From NCBI GenBank assembly GCA_947373605.1, contig CANBYM010000001.1:26191-90190 (forward strand): a stretch of DNA of 64,000 nucleotides. Reading direction: 5' to 3'. This DNA is from Comamonadaceae bacterium (GTDB lineage: Bacteria; Pseudomonadota; Gammaproteobacteria; Burkholderiales; Burkholderiaceae_C). Positions 50,785 to 59,884 of this stretch are shown in pieces (positions within the stretch are counted from its first letter, which is position 1; every line of letters begins with the position of its first letter). The position numbers were made by a program, and so were the translations under genes. The notes below the pieces were generated by a model that was not told where the DNA came from, ran no database searches, and saw only the letters and a program-made list of their open reading frames with translations.

Positions 50785-51633
50785 ATGTCTGAAACGATTT
50801 CCCAAAACGATATTGGCCAACGCCAAGCCGCGCACGCACAACGTGGTGTGACACTGGAGGCCAAGGGCTTGTGCAAACAATACGGCCAGCGCACCGTACT
50901 GGACCGCGCACAACTCCAAGTTGCACCGGGCGAGTTCGTCGCCATCGTGGGACGCAGCGGTTGCGGTAAGAGCACGCTCCTGCGCCTGATTGCCGGGCTG
51001 GAGAGCGCCAGCAACGGTAGCCTGCTGATTGCCGGTACGCAACACAAAGGACTGCGGGATGACACCCGCATCATGTTTCAGGAGGCACGTCTGCTGCCCT
51101 GGAAGCGCGTCATCGACAACGTCGCATTAGGGCTGCCACCCGAGCGCAGGAGCGATGCGATCAAAGTGCTGGAGCAAGTGGGTCTGGGTGAGCGCCAGAA
51201 CGACTGGCCCGTGCGTTTGTCCGGCGGCCAGCGCCAGCGTGTCGCACTAGCACGCGCCTTGGTGCATCAGCCGGACTTGTTGTTGCTTGATGAACCGTTG
51301 GGCGCACTGGACGCGCTCACCCGCATCGAAATGCACGCGCTTATCGAAGGCCTGTGGCAACGCAACGGCTTTACCGCGCTACTGGTCACGCACGACGTGC
51401 AGGAAGCAGTGGCGCTGGCTGACCGCGTGGTCCTGATTGAGGACGGCGTGATTGCGCTGGATGTGCGCGTTGATCTGGCCCGTCCGCGGCACCGGGGCGA
51501 TGCCGCCTTTGCTGCGCTGGAAGAACGCATTCTCAACCGCGTGTTGCAACGCGCGCCGCTGACTGAAACGCCCGAAAGCGGCGAGGCACCGTGGCCCGGT
51601 GTGGCTGCGCATGGTTTGCGTTGGGCGATCTAG
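50785..51633 (+). CDS. ssuB: Sulfonate ABC ATPase
   Basis: [13 protein letters not shown] and [12 protein letters not shown] motifs. Confidence 0.94.
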   Translation: MSETISQNDIGQRQAAHAQRGVTLEAKGLCKQYGQRTVLDRAQLQVAPGEFVAIVGRSGCGKSTLLRLIAGLESASNGSLLIAGTQHKGLRDDTRIMFQEARLLPWKRVIDNVALGLPPERRSDAIKVLEQVGLGERQNDWPVRLSGGQRQRVALARALVHQPDLLLLDEPLGALDALTRIEMHALIEGLWQRNGFTALLVTHDVQEAVALADRVVLIEDGVIALDVRVDLARPRHRGDAAFAALEERILNRVLQRAPLTETPESGEAPWPGVAAHGLRWAI

Positions 51634-51667
51634 AAAAAATTTTTAACGGACTTTCAAGGAGAAATTC

Positions 51668-51883
51668 ATGTCCATTCAAGCAATCAACGTTCGCAACCAG
51701 TTCAAGGGCAAGGTGCGCGAAATCATCCGTGGTGATGTGGTCTCCGAGGTGGATGTCGAGACGCCATGGGGCATCGTGACATCAGTTATTACCACCCGTT
51801 CTGTGGACGACCTGCAACTCAAGGTGGGATCGGACGTGGTGGCGCTGGTCAAGTCGACCGAAGTGTCGATTGCAAAACTCTAA
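51668..51883 (+). CDS. ssuF: TOBE-domain protein SsuF
   Basis: INVRNQFKG..VTSVIT..ALVKSTEV; follows ssuB. Confidence 0.9.
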   Translation: MSIQAINVRNQFKGKVREIIRGDVVSEVDVETPWGIVTSVITTRSVDDLQLKVGSDVVALVKSTEVSIAKL

Positions 51884-51907
51884 GCCATTGCAACACCGCA
51901 GCGAGCC

Positions 51908-52972
51908 ATGATTGAACTCGACGACATTGTGCAGACCTACGCCGGGCCGCAAGGTCCGGTGCATGCCTTGCAAAACGTCAGCCTGCAGGTAGGCAAGGGT
52001 GAAATTTTCGGAGTAATCGGGCGCAGTGGTGCGGGCAAAAGTTCGCTGGTGCGCACCATCAATCTGCTGAACCGTCCTGTCAGTGGCAGGGTGGTGGTGG
52101 ACGGTCGTGATTTGACGGCACTCGATGCACAGGCTCTGCGCATCGCGCGTCAGGACACTGGCATGATTTTTCAGCACTTCAATTTGCTGACGTCGCGCAC
52201 TGTGTTTGACAACGTGGCGTTGCCGCTGGAGTTACAAGGCCTGCGCCGTGCCGAGATCGTGGCCCGCGTGCAGCCGCTTTTGGAGCTGGTGGGTTTGCAG
52301 GGCCTGAAGGACCGCTATCCCGCGCAGATCAGTGGCGGACAAAAGCAGCGTGTGGGCATAGCGCGGGCCTTGGCCAGCAATCCTAAAGTGCTCCTGTCTG
52401 ACGAAGCGACTTCGGCGCTGGACCCGGAAACTACGCGGTCTATTCTGGCGTTGCTGCGCGAAATCCGCCGCGAGTTGGGTCTGACCATTGTGCTCATTAC
52501 CCACCAGATGCAGGTCATCAAGCAGGTGGCCGATCGCGTGGCGGTGATCGATGCCGGGCGAATCGTTGAAGAGGGCCCCACGCTGCAGGTCTTCAGTCGT
52601 CCTGCCCACGACATCACCCGCAGCCTGCTCGACGACGTGCTGCCGCAGTCGCTGCCAGAGAGTGTGCTGGCGCGCGTGCGCGCGCTCATTGCGGCCGGTG
52701 CACCAACGGGTGCTTCATCCGGCGGCGCATTGCAATCGCATTTGTTGCGGCTAGTATTTGCCGGTGACGATTCACAGCGCCCCTTGCTGTCGGATGTGAT
52801 CCGCCGATATGCACTGGATATCAATGTGTTGCACGGTCAGATCGACGAGATCCAGGGGCAACCCTTCGGCACGTTGGCGGTGTTGGCGCGCGGTGCACAC
52901 GAGTCGGTCATGCAAGCCATTGCGCAACTGCGCGGTGAGGGCGTGATCGTGCAGGAGGTGTCCTATGTTTGA
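51908..52972 (+). CDS. metN: MetN-family ABC ATPase with NIL domain
   Basis: [17 protein letters not shown] and DEATSALDP motifs; C-terminal NIL-like domain. Confidence 0.92.
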   Translation: MIELDDIVQTYAGPQGPVHALQNVSLQVGKGEIFGVIGRSGAGKSSLVRTINLLNRPVSGRVVVDGRDLTALDAQALRIARQDTGMIFQHFNLLTSRTVFDNVALPLELQGLRRAEIVARVQPLLELVGLQGLKDRYPAQISGGQKQRVGIARALASNPKVLLSDEATSALDPETTRSILALLREIRRELGLTIVLITHQMQVIKQVADRVAVIDAGRIVEEGPTLQVFSRPAHDITRSLLDDVLPQSLPESVLARVRALIAAGAPTGASSGGALQSHLLRLVFAGDDSQRPLLSDVIRRYALDINVLHGQIDEIQGQPFGTLAVLARGAHESVMQAIAQLRGEGVIVQEVSYV

Positions 52973-53630
52973 GCTGTTGGGGGAGGGCATGCTGGGCTTG
53001 TTCGCCCGTTCACTGTGGGAGACCGTCGTCATGGTGGGCATTTCCGGCGCGGTGGGTTCACTCATTGGCATCCCTCTGGGTGTGTATCTACACCTCACCG
53101 GCGCTGGCGGCGTATTGCCCAAACCGGGTGTGCACCATGGGCTTGGAGTGGTCGTCAATTCAGTGCGCTCTACGCCCTTCATCATTTTGCTGGTCGCGGT
53201 CATTCCGTTTACCCGCTGGATTACTGGCTCGTCGATTGGTACCGCCGCAGCGGTGGTGCCGCTCACGCTGGCGGCCGCACCGTTTGTGGCGCGTCTGGTG
53301 GAGTCGGCTTTGCGTGAAGTCGAGCACGGGCTGGTGGAAGCCGCGCAGGCCATGGGCGCCAGCACAAGCCAAATCGTTTTCAAGGTGCTACTTCCTGAAG
53401 CCTCGCCGGGCATCGTGGCTGCGGTAACGATCACGCTGGTCAGCCTGACCGGCTACTCCGCCATGGCCGGTGCCATCGGTGGTGGTGGGTTGGGTGACCT
53501 AGGTATCCGCTTTGGCTACCAGCGCTTCTTGCCGGACGTGATGTTGGCGGTGGTAGTGGTGCTGATTGTGTTTGTGCAATTGGTGCAAAGCGCGGGCGAC
53601 CGGCTCGTGCGCAGCCTCAGCCACAAATAA
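52965..53630 (+). CDS. metI: MetI-family ABC permease
   Basis: RSTPFIIL and [15 protein letters not shown] motifs. Confidence 0.92.
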   Translation: MFELLGEGMLGLFARSLWETVVMVGISGAVGSLIGIPLGVYLHLTGAGGVLPKPGVHHGLGVVVNSVRSTPFIILLVAVIPFTRWITGSSIGTAAAVVPLTLAAAPFVARLVESALREVEHGLVEAAQAMGASTSQIVFKVLLPEASPGIVAAVTITLVSLTGYSAMAGAIGGGGLGDLGIRFGYQRFLPDVMLAVVVVLIVFVQLVQSAGDRLVRSLSHK

Positions 53631-53652
53631 ATTTTTAATGATGGGAGTATTT

Positions 53653-54447
53653 ATGCATAAACGTAACGCATTGCGCGTGTTGGTCGCAGCCGCTTTAGTC
53701 ACGCTGGCACTTGTCGCGTCCGCACAGGACAAGCCTTTAAAAATCGGCGTTACTGCCGGACCGCATGCGCAGATTTTTGAGCAGGTGAAAAAGCTGGCAG
53801 AGAAAGACGGCTTGAAGATTCAACTCGTCGAGTTCAGCGACTACATCCAGCCCAACGCCGCGCTGGCCGCAGGCGACTTGGATGCCAACAGCTACCAGCA
53901 CAAACCGTTTTTGGACCAGCAGATCAAGGACCGTGGCTACAAGATTGTGAATGCCGGCTACACCGTCAACTTCCCCATCGGCTTGTATTCCAAAAAGATC
54001 AAGAATTTGGGCGAATTAAAAGAAGGCGCGCACTTTGGCATTCCCAACGACCCGACCAATTGCGGGCGTGTACTGCTGGTGTTGCAAGACAAAGGACTGA
54101 TCAAACTCAAGCCCGAAGCGGGCCTAAAAGCCACACCGCTGGATGTCATTGACAACCCCAAGAAGCTCAAGTTTGTGGAACTGGACGCCGCGCAACTGCC
54201 ACGTTCGCTGGATGACCTGGACGCTGCCGCGATCAACACGAACTACGCGTTAACTGCCGGACTGCAACCCGGCAGAGATTCGATTGCGCAGGAGAGCGCC
54301 AAGAGCCCTTATGTGAATTTGATCGCCGTGCGTGAGCAGGACAAAGACAAGCCTTGGGTGGCCAAGCTGGTCAAGGCATACCAGTCCGAAGAGATACGCA
54401 AGTTTGTCCTGACTGAGTTCAAGGGCGCGGTCATTCCCGGTTTTTGA
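53653..54447 (+). CDS. metQ: MetQ/NlpA-family substrate-binding protein
   Basis: FSDYIQPN, DANSYQH, IPNDPTN.GR and SPYVN motifs; ligand may be another organosulfur compound. Confidence 0.9.
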   Translation: MHKRNALRVLVAAALVTLALVASAQDKPLKIGVTAGPHAQIFEQVKKLAEKDGLKIQLVEFSDYIQPNAALAAGDLDANSYQHKPFLDQQIKDRGYKIVNAGYTVNFPIGLYSKKIKNLGELKEGAHFGIPNDPTNCGRVLLVLQDKGLIKLKPEAGLKATPLDVIDNPKKLKFVELDAAQLPRSLDDLDAAAINTNYALTAGLQPGRDSIAQESAKSPYVNLIAVREQDKDKPWVAKLVKAYQSEEIRKFVLTEFKGAVIPGF

Positions 54448-54464
54448 TTGCAAGGAGAAACACG

Positions 54465-55088
54465 ATGACCCAAACTGCAACACCCGTGGCCGCAGCGCCT
54501 AAAGCGACATTGAACCCTGAGGCGCTTGATCAACTTTTCCGCACCGCGCGCACTGCGCAGGCGTTTGAGCAGGTCTATGTATCAGACCAACAACTGCACG
54601 ACCTGTACAACCTGCTCAAGTTCGCGCCCACTGCGTTTAACGCCCAGCCTGCGCGTTTCGTGTTTGTGCGTAGCGCGCAGGCCAAGGAGCGACTCAAGCC
54701 TGCGCTTTCTGCTGGCAACGTGGACAAATCGCTGGCAGCGTCGGTGACAGTGATCGTGGCGCAGGACACGCGCTTCTTTGAGCACTTGCCCAAGCAATTC
54801 CCCGCTTACGATGCCAAGCCCTTGTTTGTGGGCAATGCGGCGCTGGCCGAAGCCACCGCATTTCGCAATAGCAGCCTGCAAGGCGCTTACCTGATTCTGG
54901 CGGCACGCTCACTGGGTCTTGACGCCGGACCGCAGTCGGGCTTTGACGCCGAGCTGGTCAACAAATCTTTCTTCCCCAGTGGGCGCTACAAGGCTAACTT
55001 CCTGATCAATCTGGGCGTGGCCAAAAAGGGTGCGCACTATGTGCGCGGCCCGCGTCTGGCATTTGATGACGTAGCCGAGGTCTTGTAG
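54465..55088 (+). CDS. RutE-like nitroreductase (malonic semialdehyde reductase family)
   Basis: LDQLF..ART, PT..N..PARFVFV, RNSSLQGAYLI.AAR.LGLD.GP.SGFD and PRL.FD motifs. Confidence 0.87.
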   Translation: MTQTATPVAAAPKATLNPEALDQLFRTARTAQAFEQVYVSDQQLHDLYNLLKFAPTAFNAQPARFVFVRSAQAKERLKPALSAGNVDKSLAASVTVIVAQDTRFFEHLPKQFPAYDAKPLFVGNAALAEATAFRNSSLQGAYLILAARSLGLDAGPQSGFDAELVNKSFFPSGRYKANFLINLGVAKKGAHYVRGPRLAFDDVAEVL

Positions 55089-55090
55089 GC

Positions 55091-56026
55091 ATGAACTTTC
55101 AGCAACTGCGTTCGGTGCGCGAGACGGTACGGTGCGGCTTCAACCTCACCGAGGTGGCGGCCATGCTGTATACCTCACAGCCCGGTGTGAGCCGACAGAT
55201 TCGCGAGCTCGAAGAAGAGCTCGGCGTCGAGATCTTCGTGCGCGCGGGCAAGCGTTTGACCGGCCTTACACCGCCGGGCGAAGCGCTGCTGCCCATCGTG
55301 GAAACCTTGCTGCTCAACGCCGACAACCTGCGCCGCGCCGGAGAAGACTTCAGCAGCCAGACCGAGGGGCAACTCACCGTGGCGGCCACCCACTCGCAGG
55401 CGCGCTATGCCTTGCCGCACGTGGTGAAGGACTTCCGCGATAAATTTCCTAAGGTCACCTTGCATTTGCACCAGGGCTCACCCAAACAGGTGGCAGCCAT
55501 GCTGGTCAGTGGCGAGGCTGATATCGGTGTGGCCACCGAGGCGCTGGGGGACTACCCGCAACTGCTGACGCTGCCCTGCTATCGCTGGACGCACAGCATC
55601 ATCGTGCCGCCGAGGCACCCGTTGCTGGACGTGCAGGGCCCGGTGACGCTGGAGCAACTCACGCACTACCCCATCATCACCTACGAGATGGGCTACACCG
55701 GGCGGGCCCATATTGATGACGCGTTCAAGGCGCACGGCTTGGCTCCGGACGTGGTGCTGACGGCCATGGACGCTGACGTGATCAAAACCTATGTGGAGCT
55801 GGGCATGGGCGTGGGCATTGTGGCTTCCATCGCGCTGGACGAAGCGCGCGACCGCAACCTGCGCATTCTGGACGCCGGCCATCTGTTCGCCGTCAACGTC
55901 ACACGGCTGGGTATCCGCAAGGGCGCCTGGTTGCGCGGCTACGCCTACAGCTTCATCGAAACCTTTGTGCCCACGCTCACGCGCAGTCTGGTGGTGGATG
56001 CGCTTAAAGCCGGTGGCACCGTCTAG
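55091..56026 (+). CDS. cysB: CysB/Cbl-family LysR regulator
   Basis: MNFQQLR..LYTSQPGVS, THSQARY and DADVIKTYV motifs; may be the Cbl/SsuR-type paralogue. Confidence 0.88.
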   Translation: MNFQQLRSVRETVRCGFNLTEVAAMLYTSQPGVSRQIRELEEELGVEIFVRAGKRLTGLTPPGEALLPIVETLLLNADNLRRAGEDFSSQTEGQLTVAATHSQARYALPHVVKDFRDKFPKVTLHLHQGSPKQVAAMLVSGEADIGVATEALGDYPQLLTLPCYRWTHSIIVPPRHPLLDVQGPVTLEQLTHYPIITYEMGYTGRAHIDDAFKAHGLAPDVVLTAMDADVIKTYVELGMGVGIVASIALDEARDRNLRILDAGHLFAVNVTRLGIRKGAWLRGYAYSFIETFVPTLTRSLVVDALKAGGTV

Positions 56027-56057
56027 CGGCGGGCGCAGCGCTGCGTTGCTTACTCGG

Positions 56058-56116
56058 TTTTGTTATTAGCTAGTTTGCATATATTCGTTTTTGATCAGCC
56101 TTCGCAACATCAGAAT
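56058..56116 (+). promoter_or_regulatory. Putative CysB/Cbl-type promoter, copy 2 (small ORF-tauD-encapsulin run)
   Basis: TTTTGTTATTAG-N14-TTCGTT-N21-CAGAAT. Confidence 0.6.
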
Positions 56117-56140
56117 TTGCATATGAATTTGGAGATTGAT

Positions 56141-56290
56141 ATGCGACAGGTGAATAAAGCAGAATTCCGCGATGAAGGTAATCCCTTTAGCCTGAAAGAA
56201 AGTCTGACGAATATCGGTTTAGCAGTACTGATGCTGGCCTTGGCGTATGGATTGGTGAACCTCTTGCTGTTGCCGGTGAAATTCCCATGA
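56141..56290 (+). CDS. Small single-TM protein (49 aa), hypothetical
   Basis: GGAG RBS 6 nt before the ATG; hydrophobic [22 protein letters not shown]; stop overlaps the tauD ATG (ATGA). Confidence 0.55.
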   Translation: MRQVNKAEFRDEGNPFSLKESLTNIGLAVLMLALAYGLVNLLLLPVKFP

Positions 56291-57120
56291 GCTTGTCGAT
56301 TGAACCTTTAGCGCCCGCGATTGGCGCACGCGTGAGCGGCATTGCACTGTCGCAACCGGTTTCCGACGAAACCCGTGACGCCCTGCAGGCCGCCTTGCTC
56401 AAACACCAGGTGCTGTTTTTCGAAGACCAACCTATTACTCCCGGTCAACAGCGTGACCTGGCTTCGCGCTTCGGCTCGCTGCACATTCACCCGATCTACC
56501 CCACGGTGCCCGAAGTGCCCGAGATCATCGTGCTGGACACCAGCACGTCCAATATGCCGGACAACGACAACTGGCACACCGATGTGACGTTTATTGGAGA
56601 GCCGCCGCTGGGCGCCCTGTTGTCTGCCAAGCTGTTGCCGCCCGGTGGCGGTGACACGCTGTGGTCCAGTGGCGTGGCTGCATTCAAGGGCTTGACCACG
56701 CCCTTCCAGGCCCTGCTCGACGGGTTGACTGCCGAGCACGATATGTTGAAGTCCTTCCATGCCGAACGCTATGCCAGAACGCCGCAAGAGCGCGAGATTT
56801 ATGAGACTGCCAAACGCAACAACCCGGTAGTCGTCCATCCGGTCATCCGCACCCATCCGGTAACGGGTGAAAAAGGAATTTTCGTCAATGAAGGTTTCAC
56901 CACCCGCATCCGCGAACTCAGCAAGCATGAGAGCGAAGCGGTGTTGGGCCTGCTCATAAAACACGTCGCCAAGCCGGAATACACCGTTCGCTGGCGCTGG
57001 AAGCCTAACGACTTCGCATTCTGGGACAACCGCCTGACCCAGCACTACGCCACCAATGACTACCTGCCCCACCGCCGGATCATGCACCGCGCCACCATCC
57101 TCGGTGACCGCCCTTTTTAA
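56287..57120 (+). CDS. tauD: Alpha-ketoglutarate-dependent taurine dioxygenase
   Basis: [22 protein letters not shown] and WDNR.TQHYA motifs. Confidence 0.96.
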   Translation: MSLSIEPLAPAIGARVSGIALSQPVSDETRDALQAALLKHQVLFFEDQPITPGQQRDLASRFGSLHIHPIYPTVPEVPEIIVLDTSTSNMPDNDNWHTDVTFIGEPPLGALLSAKLLPPGGGDTLWSSGVAAFKGLTTPFQALLDGLTAEHDMLKSFHAERYARTPQEREIYETAKRNNPVVVHPVIRTHPVTGEKGIFVNEGFTTRIRELSKHESEAVLGLLIKHVAKPEYTVRWRWKPNDFAFWDNRLTQHYATNDYLPHRRIMHRATILGDRPF

Positions 57121-57139
57121 CCCTTGAACGTTGCTCGCC

Positions 57140-57631
57140 ATGACACTCGCTACCGACACCGTAACCCAATCCCCAACCAGCGTCGCAGACCTTGGCTCAG
57201 CGCTTGAATCCATTCGCGCCGTGGCGCTATCAACCGGTCTGGCGTATGCCGGTGCCGTGCCGCCTACCCTGGCCTGGGAACTCTTCAATTCCAAAGACGC
57301 AGTGCTGGTGGATGTGCGTACTGCAGAAGAGCGCAAGTTTGTCGGCCATGTGCCCGGCAGCGTACACGTACCTTGGGCTACGGGTACCTCGTTGATCCGC
57401 AACCCGCGTTTCGTGCGCGAGCTGGAGACCAAGGCCGGCAAGCAAACCACTATTTTGCTGTTGTGCCGCAGCGGCAAACGCTCGGTGCTGGCGGCCGAGG
57501 CGGCTGCCCACGCGGGCTTTACGCGTGTCTTCAATATTCTGGAAGGCTTCGAGGGCGAACTCGATGACAAACAACAACGCGGCGGCCAGGACGGCTGGCG
57601 TCGCCAGGGGCTGCCATGGGTGCAGGATTGA
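57140..57631 (+). CDS. Rhodanese-like sulfurtransferase
   Basis: DVRTAEE, active loop CRSGKRS, GFEG...GW...LPW. Confidence 0.92.
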   Translation: MTLATDTVTQSPTSVADLGSALESIRAVALSTGLAYAGAVPPTLAWELFNSKDAVLVDVRTAEERKFVGHVPGSVHVPWATGTSLIRNPRFVRELETKAGKQTTILLLCRSGKRSVLAAEAAAHAGFTRVFNILEGFEGELDDKQQRGGQDGWRRQGLPWVQD

Positions 57632-58587
57632 AAGTTGTGGCGCAGGCCCCGCTGAAAAAGTCTTACGGTGACCGCGAGCCGGTGTTTGAGCTGGCGGGCG
57701 TTGTCACTGAACTGGCAGCAGTGCGTCAGGAGTGGCGCGCGCGCCAACACCGCTCTAACGAGCCGGGCGGGCGCGAATTGCCCTCGCGTGATGCACTCGC
57801 CGAAGTCATAGACGGTCTCAAGGGCGCGCTGTTTCCCATGCGTTTGGGGCCCAAAGATCTGCGCCAGGAAAGCGAAGACTTCTATATCGGCCACACACTG
57901 GGGCTGGTGCTGCACACGCTGCACACGCAAGTTCGCCTGGAGTTACATCACATTGCGCGCCATGAACCGGTGATTGACGAAGCAGCATTGGTCGTGCAGG
58001 CGGTTGCCATCGTGCGTGACTTTGCGGCCAAACTGCCCGCCATTCGCAGGCTGCTCGACAGCGATGTGGTTGCAGCCTTTGACGGCGACCCGGCGGCGCG
58101 CAGTGTCGACGAAGTGCTGCTGTGCTACCCCGGCATTCTGGCCATGATTCACCACCGCGTGGCGCATGCGCTGTACCAACTCGGTGTGCCCTTGCTGGCG
58201 CGCATTGTGGCGGAGCTGGCGCATGCGCAAACCGGCATTGATGTGCATCCGGGTGCCACCATAGGCGCAGGCTTGTTTATCGACCATGGTACCGGCGTGG
58301 TGATCGGCGAGACCGCGGTTATCGGTGAGCGAGTGCGCATCTATCAGGCCGTCACACTGGGCGCCAAAAGTTTTCCCATCGACGCGGATGGCAATCCGAT
58401 CAAGGGCCAGCCGCGCCACCCGGTGGTGGAAGACGATGTGGTCATATACGCGGGTGCCACGGTGCTGGGCCGCGTGACCATCGGGCGCGGCGCCTCAATT
58501 GGCGGCAATGTCTGGCTCACCCATAGTGTGGAGCCCGGCACCGCCATTACGCAAGCCAGCCTGCGTCAGGACAGCAAAGAGCGCTAA
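57616..58587 (+). CDS. cysE: Serine O-acetyltransferase (EpsC/SrpH type)
   Basis: GDPAA, TGIDVHPGA.IG, FIDHGTGVVIGET and RHP motifs; start uncertain (57616-57637). Confidence 0.92.
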   Translation: MGAGLKVVAQAPLKKSYGDREPVFELAGVVTELAAVRQEWRARQHRSNEPGGRELPSRDALAEVIDGLKGALFPMRLGPKDLRQESEDFYIGHTLGLVLHTLHTQVRLELHHIARHEPVIDEAALVVQAVAIVRDFAAKLPAIRRLLDSDVVAAFDGDPAARSVDEVLLCYPGILAMIHHRVAHALYQLGVPLLARIVAELAHAQTGIDVHPGATIGAGLFIDHGTGVVIGETAVIGERVRIYQAVTLGAKSFPIDADGNPIKGQPRHPVVEDDVVIYAGATVLGRVTIGRGASIGGNVWLTHSVEPGTAITQASLRQDSKER

Positions 58588-58892
58588 TGCCCCATTCCCG
58601 ATTCAAAGGCGCAGTGCAGGGCGAAAGCGTTTTGGCCAAAGACCTCGGTGCCGTTGTGTGGAGCCAGCGCGAATGCCACGGCTGGTCGCAGGAGGCACTG
58701 GCCGAGCGTGCCAACCTGAACCGATCCTATATCGGTGAGCTTGAACGCGGCGAGGCGATTGCCTCGATCGTGACGCTGGAAAAGCTCGCCTACGCATTTG
58801 GTTTCAGTGCGAGTCATCTGGTAGATCAGGCGGAACGCCTGGCGCACAGCCAGGTGGTCACCGGCATCGAATTGACGTCTATAGCCTGTTGA
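58587..58892 (+). CDS. XRE-family HTH regulator
   Basis: WSQEALAERANLNRSYIGELERGE; TAATG overlap with cysE. Confidence 0.9.
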   Translation: MPHSRFKGAVQGESVLAKDLGAVVWSQRECHGWSQEALAERANLNRSYIGELERGEAIASIVTLEKLAYAFGFSASHLVDQAERLAHSQVVTGIELTSIAC

Positions 58893-58954
58893 GTTCCGGC
58901 TACAGACAAAACACACTTAATCATTCTTTTTTGTAACCTCAAACGGAGTCTTTC

Positions 58955-59884
58955 ATGTCCGAAAACACCCCTTCGCAACAGGCGCTGAGCGACAACGCAG
59001 CACGCCAACTTGCCAATGCCACCAAGACAGTACCCATTCTGTCGACGATCACACCGCGCTGGCTGGTGCATCTGTTGCAGTGGACACCGGTGGAAGCCGG
59101 TATTTACCGCCTTAACAAGGTCAAGAACCCGCAGGACGTGCTGGTGGCCTGCGCCAAGCGCGATGAATCGGAACTGCCGCAAACATTTGTGGACTACGAA
59201 GAAGCGCCGCGCGAATATTTCCTGAACGCGGTGTCCACCGTTTTGGACGTGCACACCCGCGTCAGCGACCTGTACAGCAGCCCGCACGACCAGATCAAAG
59301 AGCAACTGCGCCTGACGATTGAGACCATCAAAGAGCGCCAGGAATCCGAACTGATCAACAACCCCGACTACGGTCTGCTGGCGTCCGTCGCTCCCGATCA
59401 AGTCATCTATCCCTTGACCGGCGCACCCACACCGGACGATTTAGACGAGTTGCTGACCAAAGTCTGGAAAGAGCCTGCCTTCTTCCTGACCCACCCATTG
59501 GCGATTGCCGCTTTTGGCCGCGAATGCACACGCCGTGGCGTGCCACCACCGACAGTGAGCTTGTTCGGTTCGCAGTTCCTGACCTGGCGCGGCGTACCAC
59601 TGATCCCCAGCGACAAAGTGCCGGTCGCTGATGGCAAGACCAAGATTATTTTGCTGCGCGTGGGCGACAAGCGCCAAGGCGTGGTCGGTGTTTACCAACC
59701 AGGCCTGGCCGGCGAACAAAGCCCCGGTCTCTCCGTGCGTTTCATGGGCATCAACCGCAGCGCGATTGCGTCCTACCTGATCAGCCTTTACTGCTCGCTG
59801 GTGGTGCAGTCGGATGATGCGCTGGCGGTGTTGGAAGATGTTGAGATTGGCAAGTTCCATGACTATCCAGATACCTACAAGTGA
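58955..59884 (+). CDS. Family 2A encapsulin shell protein (SrpI-like)
   Basis: AARQLANATKT.P...ITPRWL, EAGIYRLN, LHT/HTRVSDLYS.P.DQ..EQLRL and PTPDDLDEL segments; 309 aa; cargo gene follows. Confidence 0.93.
   Translation: MSENTPSQQALSDNAARQLANATKTVPILSTITPRWLVHLLQWTPVEAGIYRLNKVKNPQDVLVACAKRDESELPQTFVDYEEAPREYFLNAVSTVLDVHTRVSDLYSSPHDQIKEQLRLTIETIKERQESELINNPDYGLLASVAPDQVIYPLTGAPTPDDLDELLTKVWKEPAFFLTHPLAIAAFGRECTRRGVPPPTVSLFGSQFLTWRGVPLIPSDKVPVADGKTKIILLRVGDKRQGVVGVYQPGLAGEQSPGLSVRFMGINRSAIASYLISLYCSLVVQSDDALAVLEDVEIGKFHDYPDTYK

Noticed and set aside
56308-57930. 540-aa minus-strand ORF
   Set aside because: Antisense shadow of tauD, rhodanese and cysE; no motifs; expected from GC-rich codon bias
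58955-59884. Capsid-like protein as a sign of a prophage
   Set aside because: No terminase, portal, tail or integrase; sequence and context fit a family 2A encapsulin
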